A stretch of 64,000 nucleotides of DNA from Eledone cirrhosa (GCA_964016885.1 OZ024743.1:81158001-81222000), one strand, 5' to 3'. Shown: positions 13,763 to 26,647, numbered from the stretch's first letter. Made by a program: numbers and translations. Notes: generated by a model from the sequence alone, not told the origin.

Positions 13763-14600
13763 TATATTTACGTATATATATATACATACATATATATATA
13801 TATATATATACATATATATGTATATATGTATATATGTAAATATATATATGCATATATATATGTATATATGTATATATATATGTAAGTATATATATATGCA
13901 TATATATATGTGTGTGTATATATATATGTATATATATATATATATATTTACATATATATATCCAAATACATATATATACATATATATATATAAATACATA
14001 TATATATATATATATATATTTACATATATATATATACATATATATAAATATAAATACATATATATATGCGTGGGTGTGTGTGCATGTGTGTGTGTGTTGT
14101 GTGTGTGTGCATTTTACTTCACTAACGTACCTCAGTGTATCTCAGTGTACCTCTATTAGATTACTAGTATATATATGTGTGTAGTACAATATATATATAT
14201 GTGTATATGCATGTGTGTTGTAGACTTGGTTGTATATAAACTATATTGTATAGTCATATAGTTACTTGAATGAGTTGTTCTCTTGCTAAATTCCTATTAA
14301 ATATTTATATATATTTGTATGTAAGTATGTTGTATGTATGTTGTATGTTTGTTGTATGTATGTTGTATGTGTGTTGTATGTATGTTGTATGTATGTATGT
14401 TGTATGTATGTTGTATGCATATATGCATGTTGTATGCATATGTGTATGTTGTATGTATGTATTTATGTATGTTGTATGTATGTTGTATGTATTTATGTTG
14501 TATGTTGTATGTATTTATGTTGTATGTTGTATGTATGTATTTATGTATTTATGTATATATGAATATTTGATGTATGTATGGATGGATGGACGTATGAATG
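13535..14600. repeat. Long (TA)n, (TG)n and (TATG/TTG)n microsatellites
   Basis: Directly visible. Confidence 0.95.
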
Positions 14601-15233
14601 CATATATATATTTATAGGTTCTACCACACAAACATCCATACATACCTTTTCGTTTTCCGTTTCTAAGTTCAACTCCAGCCGATGTTTTTATTACAACCTT
14701 CTATCTAAATACCAATAAAGTTGTATGTTAGGGCAATACTGCAAAGCAAATATAACATTAGCTATTAAAAGTAAGAGAACAGGTTTGTTGGAAGTTTACA
14801 TTTGAAATATTTTAATTAGTTCTCTATATATTTCGGGAAGAAAATCACTTGTCAAAAGTTCAAGAAATTATGTCCATGCAGAAAAATGTGCTTAGTTCAT
14901 TTGGTGACATTTTGAACTATGAACGAGGTTAAGTGAATGCATCGTATTTATATACATGTGTGTGTGTGTGTGTGAGTGTGTTTATGAGTGTGTGTGTGAG
15001 TGTGTGTGTGAGTGTGTTTATGAGTATGTGTGTGTGAGTGTGAGTGTGTATATATATGTGTATGTGTGTGTGCATGTGTGTGTGTGTGTGTGTTGTGCAT
15101 AGAACAATAAAAAAACAATCAGGGGTAGGAAGATATTTAGTTCATTGTTTGACATTCGTTTCAAAGGGTCGATTGATCGGTGGAGATCGATATATCGGCT
15201 AGCATGGTACCTACTACCTATTTCATCGTTTAC

Positions 15234-15880
15234 CTAGTACATTGTTCCTTTGTCAGTGTTGAACAAAAGGGCAACGATGGTTGCTAAACACTGTACGGTT
15301 TAATTCGGGGTGTTTGTTTACAAACAAACCGAGCATTATAATAAATGTTCGGTAAATCCATACGTACACATATATATATATATATGTGCATGTATGTATA
15401 TATATACATACTACTGTACGTCTGTATACATATATGTATGTACGTATACATACTTATATTTAAGTAACAGCCGTACTAAGAGTGAGAAATGAAATTTCGT
15501 TTCATTTTTTCCATTTATCGTTTTCGGTGCGCCCGGCAGATTAACTCACTCGATATGCAAATTAGGCTGCTCAACCGTTAATATGCATAAGGAAAGTATA
15601 TACTTTCAGACGTTCAATCATCATCTGGCAGGAGGGTATACGGTGCTGACGATAGCTAATAAGCTTGAAACTAGTAATCGTTCTTTTGTCAGTGTTGAAC
15701 AAAAGAGCAACGATGGTTGCTAAACACTGTACGGCTTAATTCGGGATGTTTGTTTACAAACACACCGAGCATTATAATAAATGTTCGGTAAATCCATACG
15801 TACATAGATATATGTGTGCATGTATGTATATATATACATACTACTGTACGTCTGTATACATATATGTATGTACGTATTCA
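15234..15880 (+). mobile_element. Partial tandem hammerhead element, unit about 436 bp (family H2b)
   Basis: 15244-15450 recurs at 15680-15880; the first copy starts at CTAGTAC, the ribozyme cleavage region. Confidence 0.75.
15640..15682 (+). ncRNA. Type I hammerhead ribozyme
   Basis: ACGGTG-CTGACGA-tAGCT aata AGCTt-GAAA-CTAG-TA-ATCGT; one nt of stem I is lost here but present in the first copy. Confidence 0.75.
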
Positions 15881-16269
15881 TATATATATATATATGTATG
15901 TATATATATATAACCATTCATTTATTTATTCATTCATTTTTTATGTAGTTGTAGTAAATTTCTGTAAAATAGTTGTGTCTAATCATATCTACCCACGGCA
16001 AAAAGTGTTGGGTTGTCACGAGATACGATACCAGTCATATCATGGCTGTTAAGGATGATGGGTTGACGGAATCATAGGAGCGTCTGATAAATTAGTTTCA
16101 GTTTTTGTTAGGTTGGTTTATATTCTGGGTTAAAATCATGATAAGGTGACACATCCTTTTATATTTCGGAGATTGATCCTAAAATACCTTTCTTATACAT
16201 GTTGTTGTTACATGTTTAGCTGGCCTCCTCCAAGGTTGTATCTCGTTGGGGGTGTATTGGGTAATTTAA

Positions 16270-16430
16270 TGATACGGACCCCAGTCCTATCACCACATTT
16301 CTACAGCTGAATAAACTGGAGTAACGTGAAATAAAATCTCTTGCTCAAGGAAACAACACATCACACGGTCCGAGAATTGAACTCACAACCTTTCGATTGC
16401 AAGCCCAATGCTCTAACCACTAAGCCATGG
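16270..16430 (-). mobile_element. SINE family A head and core
   Basis: CAGCTGA...TCTTGCTCAAGG...GAATTGAACTC...CTAACCACTAAGCCA. Confidence 0.7.
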
Positions 16431-16514
16431 AGTCAACTTAATCTTCTTCTTCCTCAAAATGTCTGCCCCTGTGTCTCAGAAAACACCATTGCTATTTATG
16501 ACATGTAGCATATT

Positions 16515-16690
16515 ATATCGGTAGAGGGTCGGATGCCATGCTTTGCAGCATAGAGTTACCTCCTTTTATGATCTGAGTTCAAATCCCGCCGAGGGTAACT
16601 TTACCTTTCATCCTTACGGGGTCGATAAAATAAAGTACCAGTAATACACTGGGGTAATTATTGGCCTTGTGCCAAAAGTAGAAACAATTA
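16515..16690 (+). mobile_element. SINE family B
   Basis: GAGTTCAAATCCCGCCGAGG...CTTTCATCCTTACGGGGTCGATAAAATAAAGTACCAG, a conserved central domain resembling Meta/Nin-type SINE domains; copies at 23697, 38964, 48976. Confidence 0.75.
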
Positions 16691-16729
16691 TTGTTATATC
16701 TACTGTGTTCACTTTGGGTTATGTCGCAT

Positions 16730-16892
16730 TCATTGTTGTTGTTACTCTATTTGTTGCTGCTGCTGTTGCTGCTGCTGTTGCTGCTGCTGCTGTTGCTGCT
16801 GCTGTTGTTGTTGTTCGTATTGTTGTTGTTACTGTTGTTGTTGTTGCTGTTGTTGTTGTTGTTGTTGTTGTTGCTGCTGCTGCTGCTGCTGC

Positions 16893-16929
<37 letters not shown>

Positions 16930-16970
16930 ATCACTGTTGTTGTTGACACTGTTGTTGTTATCACTGTTGT
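16730..16970. repeat. (GTT/GCT)n trinucleotide repeat
   Basis: Directly visible. Confidence 0.95.
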
Positions 16971-17609
16971 TATCTTAACATTAACAGTACACAGTATCAC
17001 ACTATGTCTCTAGTGTAGAAACCATTTCTTTCCAGCCGCCATCTTAAACTATATAATTTGTTCTACTTATCATACCCACATTGTTTCTGTAGTGGATGTT
17101 TACTCATTTAATTCTCCCTCTCTTCCCTCTCCCCTTTTCCCACAATAATCCCACAATGCTTTGCTGTTTTGTTGTTTATTTTCTTCATTGTTTTTCCCCT
17201 TTATTCTCCTATTCGACTCTTCAGTTAAATAATCAATGCCGCCATTATCATTTTTTTTTTATTTCACATTGTTACTTTGTATCTTTTATTTTAGATATTT
17301 ACTTATTTTTTATACATTTATTTATATATATCTTTTTATACGTTTATTTCTATATATTTATTCTTCTATATATATTTTTTATATGTTTATTATTATATAT
17401 TTATTTTTAAATGTCTATTTTTAAATATTTATTTTTATATATTTATTATTGTATGTTTGTTTTTATATGTTTATTGTTATGTTTCTTGTTATGTTTATAT
17501 GTTTCTTAGTTTTATTTTTTCATCTATTTATTTTTGTTGGTTGTTTTCATGTGTTCATATTTAATTAAATATCCCTTTGTAAATTTCCACTTTGTGATTT
17601 TACTGCAAT

Positions 17610-18430
17610 GTTAAGTTTGTGTTTGTATGTCTGTCAGTGTGTATGTGTGTATGTGTTTGTATGTGTATGTCTGTGTGTGTCTGTGTGTGTCTGTGTGTGT
17701 CTGTGTGTATGTCTGTATGTGTGTGTCTGTATGTGTATCTATGCGTATCTGTGTGTGTCTGTGTGTGTCTGTGTGTGTCTGTGTGTGTCTGTGTGTTTGT
17801 CTGTATGTGTGTGTCTGTATGTGTATCTGTGTGTATCTGTGTGTATCTGTGTGTATCTGTGTGTGTCTGTGGGAGCAAGTGTTCAACTGCCTCTGTATCT
17901 GTGTGTCTGTCTGTGTGTATGTGTGTCTATATGTCTGTCTGTGTGTCTGTGTGTCTGTCTGTGTGTATGTGTGTGTCTGTGCGTGTGTGTGTATGTGTGC
18001 GCCAGTGTGTGTGTCTGTGTAGGCCAGTGTGTGTCTGTGCGTGTGTATGTATGTGTGTGCCTGTGTGTGTCTGTGCGTGTGTTTCTCAATGTGTGCCAGT
18101 GTGTGTCTGTGCGTGTGTTTCTCTGTGTGTGCCAGTGTGTGTCTGTGCGTGTGTTTCTCAATGTATGCCAGTGTGTGTCTGTGCGTGTGTTTCTCTGTGT
18201 GTGCCAGTGTGTGTCTGTGCGTGTGTTTCTCAATGTATGCCAGTGTGTGTCTGTGCGTGTGTTTCTCTGTGTGTGCCTCTGTGTGTCTGTGCGTGTGTTT
18301 CTCTGTGTGTGTCAGTGTGTGTCTGTGCGTGTGTTTCTCTGTGTGTGCCTGTGTGTGGACAAGCGTTCAAATGCTTGTGTATCTGTATGTGTGTCAGTGA
18401 GTGTGTTTGAATACAAGTGTGTGTGTGTGT
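17610..18430. repeat. TG/TC-rich degenerate microsatellite with ~34-bp subunits
   Basis: Repeated GTGTGTCTGTGCGTGTGTTTCTC...GCCA. Confidence 0.85.
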
Positions 18431-18667
18431 GTCCGAGCACCTGAGTATAATTAAGCTTCTGTCAGTGTGTCTTTGAATTCCTATGTCTGTGTATCTGTGA
18501 GTTTGTCTATGAGCTTATGTGTGTGCCTATGCGTCTTTATGTGTATATGTGTTTGAATATATAAGTGTATGTATGTGTGGGGGTATGTAAATGTGAGTTC
18601 CTGTGTGTGTCTGTACATTTACTTCTAAGTACGTATGGTTATCTGAAGAAGAAAAAAAACATCTCTA

Positions 18668-18805
18668 TTTTCTTCTTCTTCTTCTTCTTCTTCTTCTTCT
18701 TCTTCTTCTTCTTCTTCTTCTTCTTCTTCTTCTTCTTCTTCTTCTTCTTCTTCTTCTTCTTCTTCTTCTTCTTCTTCTTCGTCTTCGTCTTCTTCTTCTT
18801 CTTCC
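18668..18805. repeat. (CTT)n repeat
   Basis: Directly visible. Confidence 0.95.
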
Positions 18806-18980
18806 TACAATACAACTTCCTGCATGTCTTCAACTAAGTTCCTGGAGGAATCTAAACAGAACTGTTTCATTATATTTAATGCGATAAGCAGTCTTCAATA
18901 CATCATCTTTGCTAAATTATAAATTTAAATGAAAAAAAAAATTTTATTCATCATATCTCCAACTTATATGTATATATATG

Positions 18981-19089
<109 letters not shown>

Positions 19090-19130
19090 GTGTGTGTGTA
19101 TGTATACACACACACACATATATGTGTGTG

Positions 19131-19162
<32 letters not shown>

Positions 19163-19712
19163 TATATATATACATACATACATATATTCATATATATTTT
19201 TATATATATAAATATATATGTATATATATATATATATACATATATACATACACACACACACATATATATACATATATACATACATACACACATATATACA
19301 TATACAACACACATATGTACATATACAATACACATATACATATAGTGTAGCCTTTCCGGTGTGTAGAAAATTTCATTAGATTTTAAGTTTAATTAAATCT
19401 ATATTGTTGTTAGGGTTTGTCTTGTATAATAATTCTACTTCCTGGAATTTCCGTTATGTTTCCAATAGACCAGCAAGCATTGTTGATCTACATAGAGAAA
19501 CACTCGCTTCGATAAATATTTCACTGGTTTTATATCTTAATTATATTTATTTATTATTGTTATATATTTATAGTAGTTTTAAAATCAGTTGTCGTTAAGA
19601 TATTGAAGAATGTTACCCCCACAATATAGGTCACGATTTATATAGGAAAAAATGTCTCTGAACGATTTCTGGCACATAAATTATACGTGCTGTATGTATG
19701 TATGTATGTATG

Positions 19713-19746
<34 letters not shown>

Positions 19747-19774
19747 TGTATGTATGTATGTATGTATGTATGTA

Positions 19775-21054
19775 CGCCTCCAACTCTGTTTTCCTTATAT
19801 TTTGCGATAATGCTTCTCATGGATTTCTGGAATAATTGTTCGCGTGGAATTTACATCAGGTATCGCATTTCAGGAAGGTTGTTCAACATCAAGCGCTTTG
19901 GTGCAATCACACAGATATTAACATCTATAATCCGAGAGTTTTTGTATGTAGTTGAGTGTGATTTTTTTGCACACTCAAAAAGTGACATGCAGCCTATTTT
20001 GAACTCTTTTTCTGAAGCTTGCAACGCTTGAAAAAGCCTGTTGTGATGTACCAGCCAGCACCTGGAAAAGAGTACACTACACCAAGTTTGTTCGTGTACG
20101 GAAAGAGGCTAAAAGTTGCTGACAAGTTTGTTTACCTTGGTAGTAAGCTGAACAATTCATGCACACTTGAGGATGAGATATCCTTAAGAATCAAGAAAGC
20201 CAGTGATGCTTTTGGACGGCTGCCTGAATGTTTATAGTCCAGACGAGGTACCGCCATTGAAACCAAGGTGAAAGTGTATCTGACTTGTGTCGTCTCCTCT
20301 TTGCTTTATGTGTGTGAAACGTGGGTCACATACAGAAAGCACCTCAAGGAACTGGAGAGATTTCACCAACAATCTCTTCGTAAGTTACTTGGGGTGCAAT
20401 GGAAAATGTTCGTCAGTGATTTGGAAGTTCTAGAACGGAGCAGGTGCATGACTATATAGATCTTTCGGCATCGGTTGAAGTGGTGCAGACATGTGGTCCG
20501 GATGTCTGATGATCGTATCCCAAACGAACTTCTCTACGGTCAACTGTGAGAAGGAAGCCGACCAGCACTGTGTCAGGAGCACCTTGGCTTGGGAATGTGG
20601 GAAGTGGAGACGTTTGATCAAGTCAGGTAGAGAACACTTTGAAACTTGTCGGAGGGAACACTTTACACTGAGAAGGAAGGTGAGAAAAAGGAAGGGTTCT
20701 GAACTACCTGCTTTTGAGCAACATATGGATTGCCAGCACTGTGGTCAAGTCTGCCTGAGCAAAGCTGGTTTGACTAGACACAAACAAAGTTATATGAGTA
20801 GACCTCATGTAGATTATGATCTGAACAGATGTAAGGAATGTGGCAAGGAATGTGCTAGCATGGGAGGGCTTAAAAGACACACGAGAACACACAGCCAGAA
20901 CCAAGCAGTGGAAAGTCCCAGAGGAGCCTACAGTTGCCATGTATGTGGCAGAGGGTGCACGTCTTGGCTGCGTTAAAGAGTCACATTCATGCCTCATATT
21001 TCTGAACATTTTATCAGGCGACGGCAATGCTCGAACACGAGTTTGCGGCCATCG

Positions 21055-21055
<1 letters not shown>
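19775..21055 (+). mobile_element. 5'-truncated RTE-clade LINE with three C-terminal C2H2 zinc fingers, flanked by (TATG)n
   Basis: PTLFSLYF, GRLFNIKRF, KFVYLGS, LLYVCETWVTY..LERFHQ..LRKLL; fingers CQHC..H, CKEC..HTRTH, CHVC..; frameshifted. Confidence 0.9.
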
Positions 21056-21086
<31 letters not shown>

Positions 21087-21395
21087 TGTATGTATGTATG
21101 TATGTATGTATGTATGTATGTATGTTTCTATGTATTTCTCTGCGTTAGCAGTCAGAATGAACGATAATCTTATGTATACATACAGAGTGGGTAACTGAGA
21201 CGGCACCAATGTGTATATATATATATATATATATAATATGTAGACATATAAGCATATCAGAAGATACGATTTTCCATGTAAATTCTCGTACCTAATTGGG
21301 CGCCCATCAGAATTCGTATACATATATACAGGCGTATGCACACACACACGCACATTGAAACACACACATCACCCAGACACAACCACACACACACA

Positions 21396-21453
<58 letters not shown>

Positions 21454-22042
21454 TAGATAATTTAATATATCAACTAACATAAGCGCACAGATGCACGCCC
21501 ATGCCAGCAAATACACAGGTTATGTCATAGTACCTAGGTGGTTCAATAGTTGGAGTGAAAATTTAAGTAAGAAAAAAATTTTTTTTTTTTTTTTTTTTAT
21601 TTTTTTAAAAAAAATATTTTCTTATTTTACGTCCTTTATATTATTGTTCTGCATTCTCCTGCATTGAACCACCTAGGTACTATGACATAACCTGTGTATT
21701 TGCTGGCATGGGCGTGCATCTGTGCGCTTATGTTAGTTGATATATTAAATTATCTATATTTATCTCCAAATCACTGATTTGTCGAGCAAACTTGTCAAAA
21801 CCACTTCTAAAAAAATTTTTTTTGGGGTGTTAGTAGGCGTCAGTCATCTTACCATCCCATTCCTTCTAACTAGCCTCTGTGTCACGTGATTGATTCTTTA
21901 GAATCGGCCATTTGACTTGAAGCAGTGAGAATTTCGGTACATAGAATCCAGTCCTCGCAAGCTGTTCGATCTACCGAATTATTATTATTTTTATATGAGC
22001 CGCCAGTGTCTGCGCATTGCCTGGAGACTTAACTGAGAATAG

Positions 22043-22124
22043 ACTCCCTGATGACGCAATGAATTCTCGACAGTTGGATTACGTAACTGTCTTTATCCCA
22101 TTGCAGAAACTAATTAGTTGGAGT
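22043..22124 (+). ncRNA. Type I hammerhead ribozyme with extended stem II
   Basis: ACTCC-CTGATGA-cGCAATG..GACAGTT..AACTGTC..CATTGCa-GAAA-CTAATTAG-TT-GGAGT. Confidence 0.85.
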
Positions 22125-22612
22125 GAAAATTTAAGTAAGAAAAAAATTTTTTTTTTTTTTTTAAATTTAAAAAAAAAAAAAAAATATTTTCTTATTTTAC
22201 GTCCTTTATATTATTGTTCTGCATTCTCCTGCATTGAACCACCTAGGTACTATGACATAACCTGTGTATTTGCTGGCATGGGCGTGCATCTGTGCGCTTA
22301 TGTTAGTTGATATATTAAATTATCTATATTTATCTCCAAATCACTGATTTGTCGAGCAAACTTGTCAAAACCACTTCTAAAAAAATTTTTTTTGGGGTGT
22401 TAGTAGGCGTCAGTCATCTTACCATCCCATTCCTTCTAACTAGCCTCTGTGTCACGTGATTGATTCTTTAGAATCGGCCATTTGACTTGAAGCAGTGAGA
22501 ATTTCGGTACATAGAATCCAGTCCTCGCAAGCTGTTCGATCTACCGAATTATTATTATTTTTATATGAGCCGCCAGTGTCTGCGCATTGCCTGGAGACTT
22601 AACTGAGAATAG

Positions 22613-22694
22613 ACTCCCTGATGACGCAATGAATTCTCGACAGTTGGATTACGTAACTGTCTTTATCCCATTGCAGAAACTAATTAGTTGGAGT
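22613..22694 (+). ncRNA. Type I hammerhead ribozyme, copy 2
   Basis: Identical to 22043-22124, offset by 570. Confidence 0.85.
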
Positions 22695-23182
22695 GAAAAT
22701 TTAAGTAAGAAAAAAATTTTTTTTTTTTTTTTAAATTTAAAAAAAAAAAAAAAATATTTTCTTATTTTACGTCCTTTATATTATTGTTCTGCATTCTCCT
22801 GCATTGAACCACCTAGGTACTATGACATAACCTGTGTATTTGCTGGCATGGGCGTGCATCTGTGCGCTTATGTTAGTTGATATATTAAATTATCTATATT
22901 TATCTCCAAATCACTGATTTGTCGAGCAAACTTGTCAAAACCACTTCTAAAAAAATTTTTTTTGGGGTGTTAGTAGGCGTCAGTCATCTTACCATCCCAT
23001 TCCTTCTAACTAGCCTCTGTGTCACGTGATTGATTCTTTAGAATCGGCCATTTGACTTGAAGCAGTGAGAATTTCGGTACATAGAATCCAGTCCTCGCAA
23101 GCTGTTCGATCTACCGAATTATTATTATTTTTATATGAGCCGCCAGTGTCCGCGCATTGCCTGGAGACTTAACTGAGAATAG

Positions 23183-23264
23183 ATGCCCTGATGACGCAAT
23201 GAATTCTCGACAGTTGGATTACGTAACTGTCTTTATCCCATTGCAGAAACTAATTAGTTGGAGT
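23183..23264 (+). ncRNA. Type I hammerhead ribozyme, copy 3 (stem I variant ATGCC)
   Basis: Same core; two substitutions in stem I. Confidence 0.75.
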
Positions 23265-23339
23265 GAAAATTTAAGTAAGAAAAAAATTTTTTTTTTTTTT
23301 TTTAATTTTTTAAAAAAAAATATTTTCTTATTTTACGTC

Positions 23340-23373
<34 letters not shown>

Positions 23374-23696
23374 TTATATATATGTGAAATATAAACACCA
23401 AGGTCCAATACAAATGAAGATCTATCTATAGCTGAAAACTGTTACTACCAAAGGAAATTATGTTTCTATAATTTATTTGTGTTAAATGATTTATTTTTGT
23501 TGGTCAATGTAAACTTGTATCTTTAAAAAATAATTGGTGGGATTTCTCCTAGATGATAAATGTATATTTATAAGTGTGTGTGTGTGTTGGTGTATGTATG
23601 TATTAATGAAAAAAGAGGATGTACATCAAGGTCTGTGGTTTTATCTAGTCCCCGTTTTGTATAATTCTGAACTAGTCGTATTAATTAGTGTCAAAT

Positions 23697-23800
23697 CAAA
23701 TCCCGCCGAGGTTAACTTTGCCTTTCATCCTTACGAGTCGATAAAATAAAGTACCAGTAATACACTGGTTAATTGCTGGCCTTGTGCCAAAAGTAGAAAC
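23697..23800 (+). mobile_element. SINE family B fragment
   Basis: CAAATCCCGCCGAGGTTAACTTTGCCTTTCATCC...GTACCAG. Confidence 0.75.
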
Positions 23801-24366
23801 AATTAATTAGTGTCAAATCAGCGCTCAACTTTGTAATTACGATATATAATAAGAAATGATCCCCAAAAGACAACCGATCAGCGAGAATTGTCTATTAAGT
23901 TTGTCTCTTTGGAAATTTTCTGATTCCTATATATATTTATATAGGTATTTTTTATATTATCATTGTACATCAAAATACACAGACACATACACAGACACAC
24001 ACACAGACACACACAGACACATACACACGCGCGCGCGCGTGCGCGGACACACACACACGGGGACACACACACAAACACACACAGACAGACACACATTCAC
24101 ACACACACATATATACATGCATATTACGTATTTATTTATATAAATGTGTGTGTGTGTCTGTTAGTGTAGATTGACAGATAGATATCTAGGTAGATATATG
24201 CATGTGTATATAAAGAACAGAAAATACGAGAGGGAGAGAGCGAAATGATATTGAAGAAGAGAGAAACTTAGATATATGTAGTTTCACACACACACATACA
24301 CACTATATATATTTTATACATATATATATACATATATATATATATGTATATGTATATATATATATG

Positions 24367-24566
24367 GGAAAATGTATGACCCCGACGGCAGAGCTCAATC
24401 CGTTTCGACGGCTATTTCTGGACTCAGAGTCCAGAAATAGCCGTCGAAACGGATTCAGCTCTGCCGTCGGGGTCATACATTTTCCTATTACCTACTCAAC
24501 TACCCTAAGTATTGAGTACTCTGGTTCGTTATGGTCCATCTGGTTCCTTACCACAACTCCTTCGTT
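24367..24566 (+). mobile_element. Fold-back short element retaining the 3' half of a hammerhead
   Basis: Palindrome centred at 24426; + arm GAAA-CGG..CCG-TC-GGGGTC; flanked by (TA)n. Confidence 0.7.
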
Positions 24567-24567
24567 A

Positions 24568-24626
<59 letters not shown>

Positions 24627-24656
24627 TGTATATATATATTCATATATGTATGTAAA

Positions 24657-24698
<42 letters not shown>

Positions 24699-24983
24699 CA
24701 AATAACGAAACGAAATCAAACTTCGTTTCGCTTCTAACTCACTTTTGTATGACTGACGCTTAAACAATTAAGTTAAAGTGTACATCTACATATGTATACG
24801 GAAGTATTAGTATGCATATAAATACACACATGTATACATATGTACATGTACTCAGCTTTTCACTAGACACTTTACAGTGAGTGTCAGCTAGTCTGTATGT
24901 AACCACACAGGCGGACCGGGTTTTAGAGTCATACGAGTTTTCAAGGAAACACATTTCCTCTATTCTCCAGAGGGCCAGACAGG

Positions 24984-25028
24984 AATATTGGACTAGTTTC
25001 GATGTTATTACATCTCATCAGCAATATT
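24984..25028 (-). ncRNA. Type I hammerhead ribozyme
   Basis: Minus strand AATATTG-CTGATGA-GATGT aata ACATC-GAAA-CTAG-TC-CAATATT. Confidence 0.92.
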
Positions 25029-25452
25029 TACCCATCTTCCGGCTTCTCTGGAGAATTGTAAAAGCACATATCGTTATATGCTTTTTCTATGAAAATTAGT
25101 AGTGGGTAGACCAATTTGCATAGAACGTGAGTCATTGTGCGCACCGGTTCAGCGGAAACGATAAAAACAAATAACGAAACGAAATCAAACTTCGTTTCGC
25201 TTCTAACTCACTTTTGTATGACTGACGCTTAAACAATTAAGTTAAAGTGTACATCTACATATGTATACGGAAGTATTAGTATGCATATAAATACACACAT
25301 GTATACATATGTACATGTACTCAGCTTTTCACTAGACACTTTACAGTGAGTGTCAGCTAGTCTGTATGTAACCACACAGGCGGACCGGGTTTTAGAGTCA
25401 TACGAGTTTTCAAGGAAACACATTTCCTCTATTCTCCAGAGGGCCAGACAGG

Positions 25453-25497
25453 AATATTGGACTAGTTTCGATGTTATTACATCTCATCAGCAATATT
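25453..25497 (-). ncRNA. Type I hammerhead ribozyme, copy 2
   Basis: Identical, offset by 469. Confidence 0.92.
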
Positions 25498-25841
25498 TAC
25501 CCATCTTCCGGCTTCTCTGGAGAATTGTAAAAGCACATATCGTTATATGCTTTTTCTATGAAAATTAGTAGTGGGTAGACCAATTTGCATAGAACGTGAG
25601 TCATTGTACGCACCGGTTCAGCGGAAACGATAAAAACAAATAACGAAACGAAATCAAACTTCGTTAGAAGCGAAACGAAGTTTGATTTCGTTTCGTTATT
25701 TGTTTTTATCGTTTCCGCTGAACCGGTGCGTACAATGACTCACGTTCTATGCAAATTGGTCTACCCACTACTAATTTTCATAGAAAAAGCATATAACGAT
25801 ATGTGCTTTTACAATTCTCCAGAGAAGCCGGAAGATGGGTA

Positions 25842-25886
25842 AATATTGCTGATGAGATGTAATAACATCGAAACTAGTCCAATATT
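25842..25886 (+). ncRNA. Type I hammerhead ribozyme, inverted copy
   Basis: AATATTG-CTGATGA-GATGT aata ACATC-GAAA-CTAG-TC-CAATATT; canonical GUC site. Confidence 0.92.
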
Positions 25887-26098
25887 CCTGTCTGGCCCTC
25901 TGGAGAATAGAGGAAATGTGTTTCCTTGAAAACTCGTATGACTCTAAAACCCGGTCCGCCTGTGTGGTTACATACAGACTAGCTGACACTCACTGTAAAG
26001 TGTCTAGTGAAAAGCTGAGTACATGTACATATGTATACATGTGTGTATTTATATGCATACTAATACTTCCGTATACATATGTAGATGTACACTTTAAC

Positions 26099-26159
<61 letters not shown>

Positions 26160-26224
26160 AATGAAGTAATTCCGTTGGAAAAGTCCAGGAAAAAAGAGTG
26201 CTCTATGTAGGTAACAGAGCTTAA

Positions 26225-26482
26225 TAGTTATTTAATAAACAACATAAGGCAATTATTTCATTTACCAGTGGTTTCTTAGAAGCAAAAAAATGTTGCTTTC
26301 AATCATCAAAATGAAAAAATCCAGGCGTATTTATTGACGTTGGATTTTAAAAACCTAGGTTTTTAAAATCCAACGTCAATAAATAAGCCAGGATTTTTTC
26401 ATTCTGATGATTGAAAGCAACATTTTTTTGCTTCTAAGAAACCACTGGTAAATGAAATAATTGCCTTATGTTGTTTATTACA

Positions 26483-26488
<6 letters not shown>
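26225..26488 (+). mobile_element. Palindromic hammerhead element (family H4), centre CCTAGG at 26356/26357
   Basis: About 130-bp arms with few mismatches; 3' end at (TA)n. Confidence 0.85.
26397..26457 (+). ncRNA. Type I hammerhead ribozyme
   Basis: TTTCATT-CTGATGA-TTGAAAGCAA..TTGCTTCTAA-GAAA-CCA c TGG-TA-AATGAAA. Confidence 0.85.
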
Positions 26489-26543
<55 letters not shown>

Positions 26544-26577
26544 ATGTGCGTGTGTGTGTATGTGTATATATATATAT

Positions 26578-26622
<45 letters not shown>

Positions 26623-26647
26623 ATAAATATATATATATATGTATATA

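Larger units (their letters stand above)
21455..23343 (+). mobile_element. 570-bp tandem hammerhead element (family H3), about 3.15 copies, with 5' inverted segment
   Basis: Near-identical units (ORFs at 22017, 22587, 23157); 21455-21547 is the reverse complement of an internal part; (TA)n on both sides. Confidence 0.92.
24692..26105 (-). mobile_element. 469-bp hammerhead element (family H2a): about 2.1 tandem copies on the minus strand plus an inverted copy at the 5' end
   Basis: Unit starts at 24692, 25161, 25630; 25664-26105 is the reverse complement; (TA)n on both sides. Confidence 0.93.
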
